Positions 63,434-64,000 of a stretch of DNA of 64,000 nucleotides are shown one piece after another (the first letter of the stretch is position 1; each line of letters opens with the position of its first letter). The notes below the pieces were generated by a model, which had not been told where the DNA came from, searched no databases, and saw only the letters and a list, made by a program, of their open reading frames with translations. A program made the position numbers and the translations under genes. Origin of the DNA: Tubulanus polymorphus (taxonomy: Eukaryota > Animalia > Nemertea); assembly GCF_964204645.1 (NCBI RefSeq), contig NC_134027.1:4558485-4622484 (forward strand). Reading direction: 5' to 3'.

Positions 63434-64000
63434 GTTGGTAGTTTGATTACGTTTGAAAGTGTGTCTGTAGGAACCCAGTGGTCAGTGTATAGTGGCCTGT
63501 TAATTGTGGTAACCAGTCAGACGTGGTGCTGGTTGTCAAATGCTATCTTTAATATCATCTCTGACTCTTACAGATAATATATATTGCTGTTTGACGCTTT
63601 GACGCAGAAAAAGGCATTTGGGGTTTTTTAGCGTGTTTCTATGAACGGTCCTGCACGCCACGGAAACCGACTTTTAAGTCCAGTTGGTTATCATACTCGA
63701 AAAAACCTGAATTCTCCCAGAAAACCAGAATGAAAAAAAAACGCTTCTAAGATTTATGAATCGCGTGCTGCGAACGTCTGATATGAGATTACATTTCCAT
63801 GTAAGTTTTTCAAGTGAATTATTCTGGCAGGTAGAGAGAGAGAGACCTCGAGATGAAGTGTGGCTAACACTGTAAATGCTCTATTCAGGCTGATTTCAAT
63901 GGCAAAATACCGACTCCTTCTGACAGGTTGATGGAAGATTTATGATTCTTATTCATTTTTTGTATAAATGCGCAGTGATTGATTTTAGATGAATTCATAT

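Noticed and set aside
55620-64000. Conserved miRNA or snoRNA genes
   Set aside because: I checked by eye for familiar mature miRNA sequences and found only short partial matches without a supporting hairpin; an Rfam/miRBase scan would be needed to exclude them.

Overview
AT-rich, gene-dense animal genomic DNA (invertebrate, probably lophotrochozoan; this is inferred from short GT-AG introns and metazoan genes). Reading exons across introns gives, in order: the 5' end of an unidentified minus-strand gene leaving the window on the left; RSPRY1 (-, 2579-13783), whose 7.5-kb intron hosts a nested antisense gene for an unrecognised ~580-aa protein with several candidate in-frame alternative first exons; CFAP90/C5orf49 (+); a MEP-1-like C2H2 zinc-finger gene (-); a decayed GC-richer element; DGAT1 (-) with two alternative coding first exons, head-to-head with TBC1D20 (+); SAC1/SACM1L (-) and a ZDHHC1/11-type palmitoyltransferase (-), each with a U12-type intron; and a CLC-6/7-related chloride transporter (+) with a GPEGP motif and a pair of mutually exclusive exons. 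The last ~8 kb have no recognisable coding sequence. Several MITEs, a hammerhead-like inverted repeat and tRNA-derived fragments are scattered through introns. No prokaryotic-type systems are present. All gene models were read by eye and are unconfirmed by transcript data.
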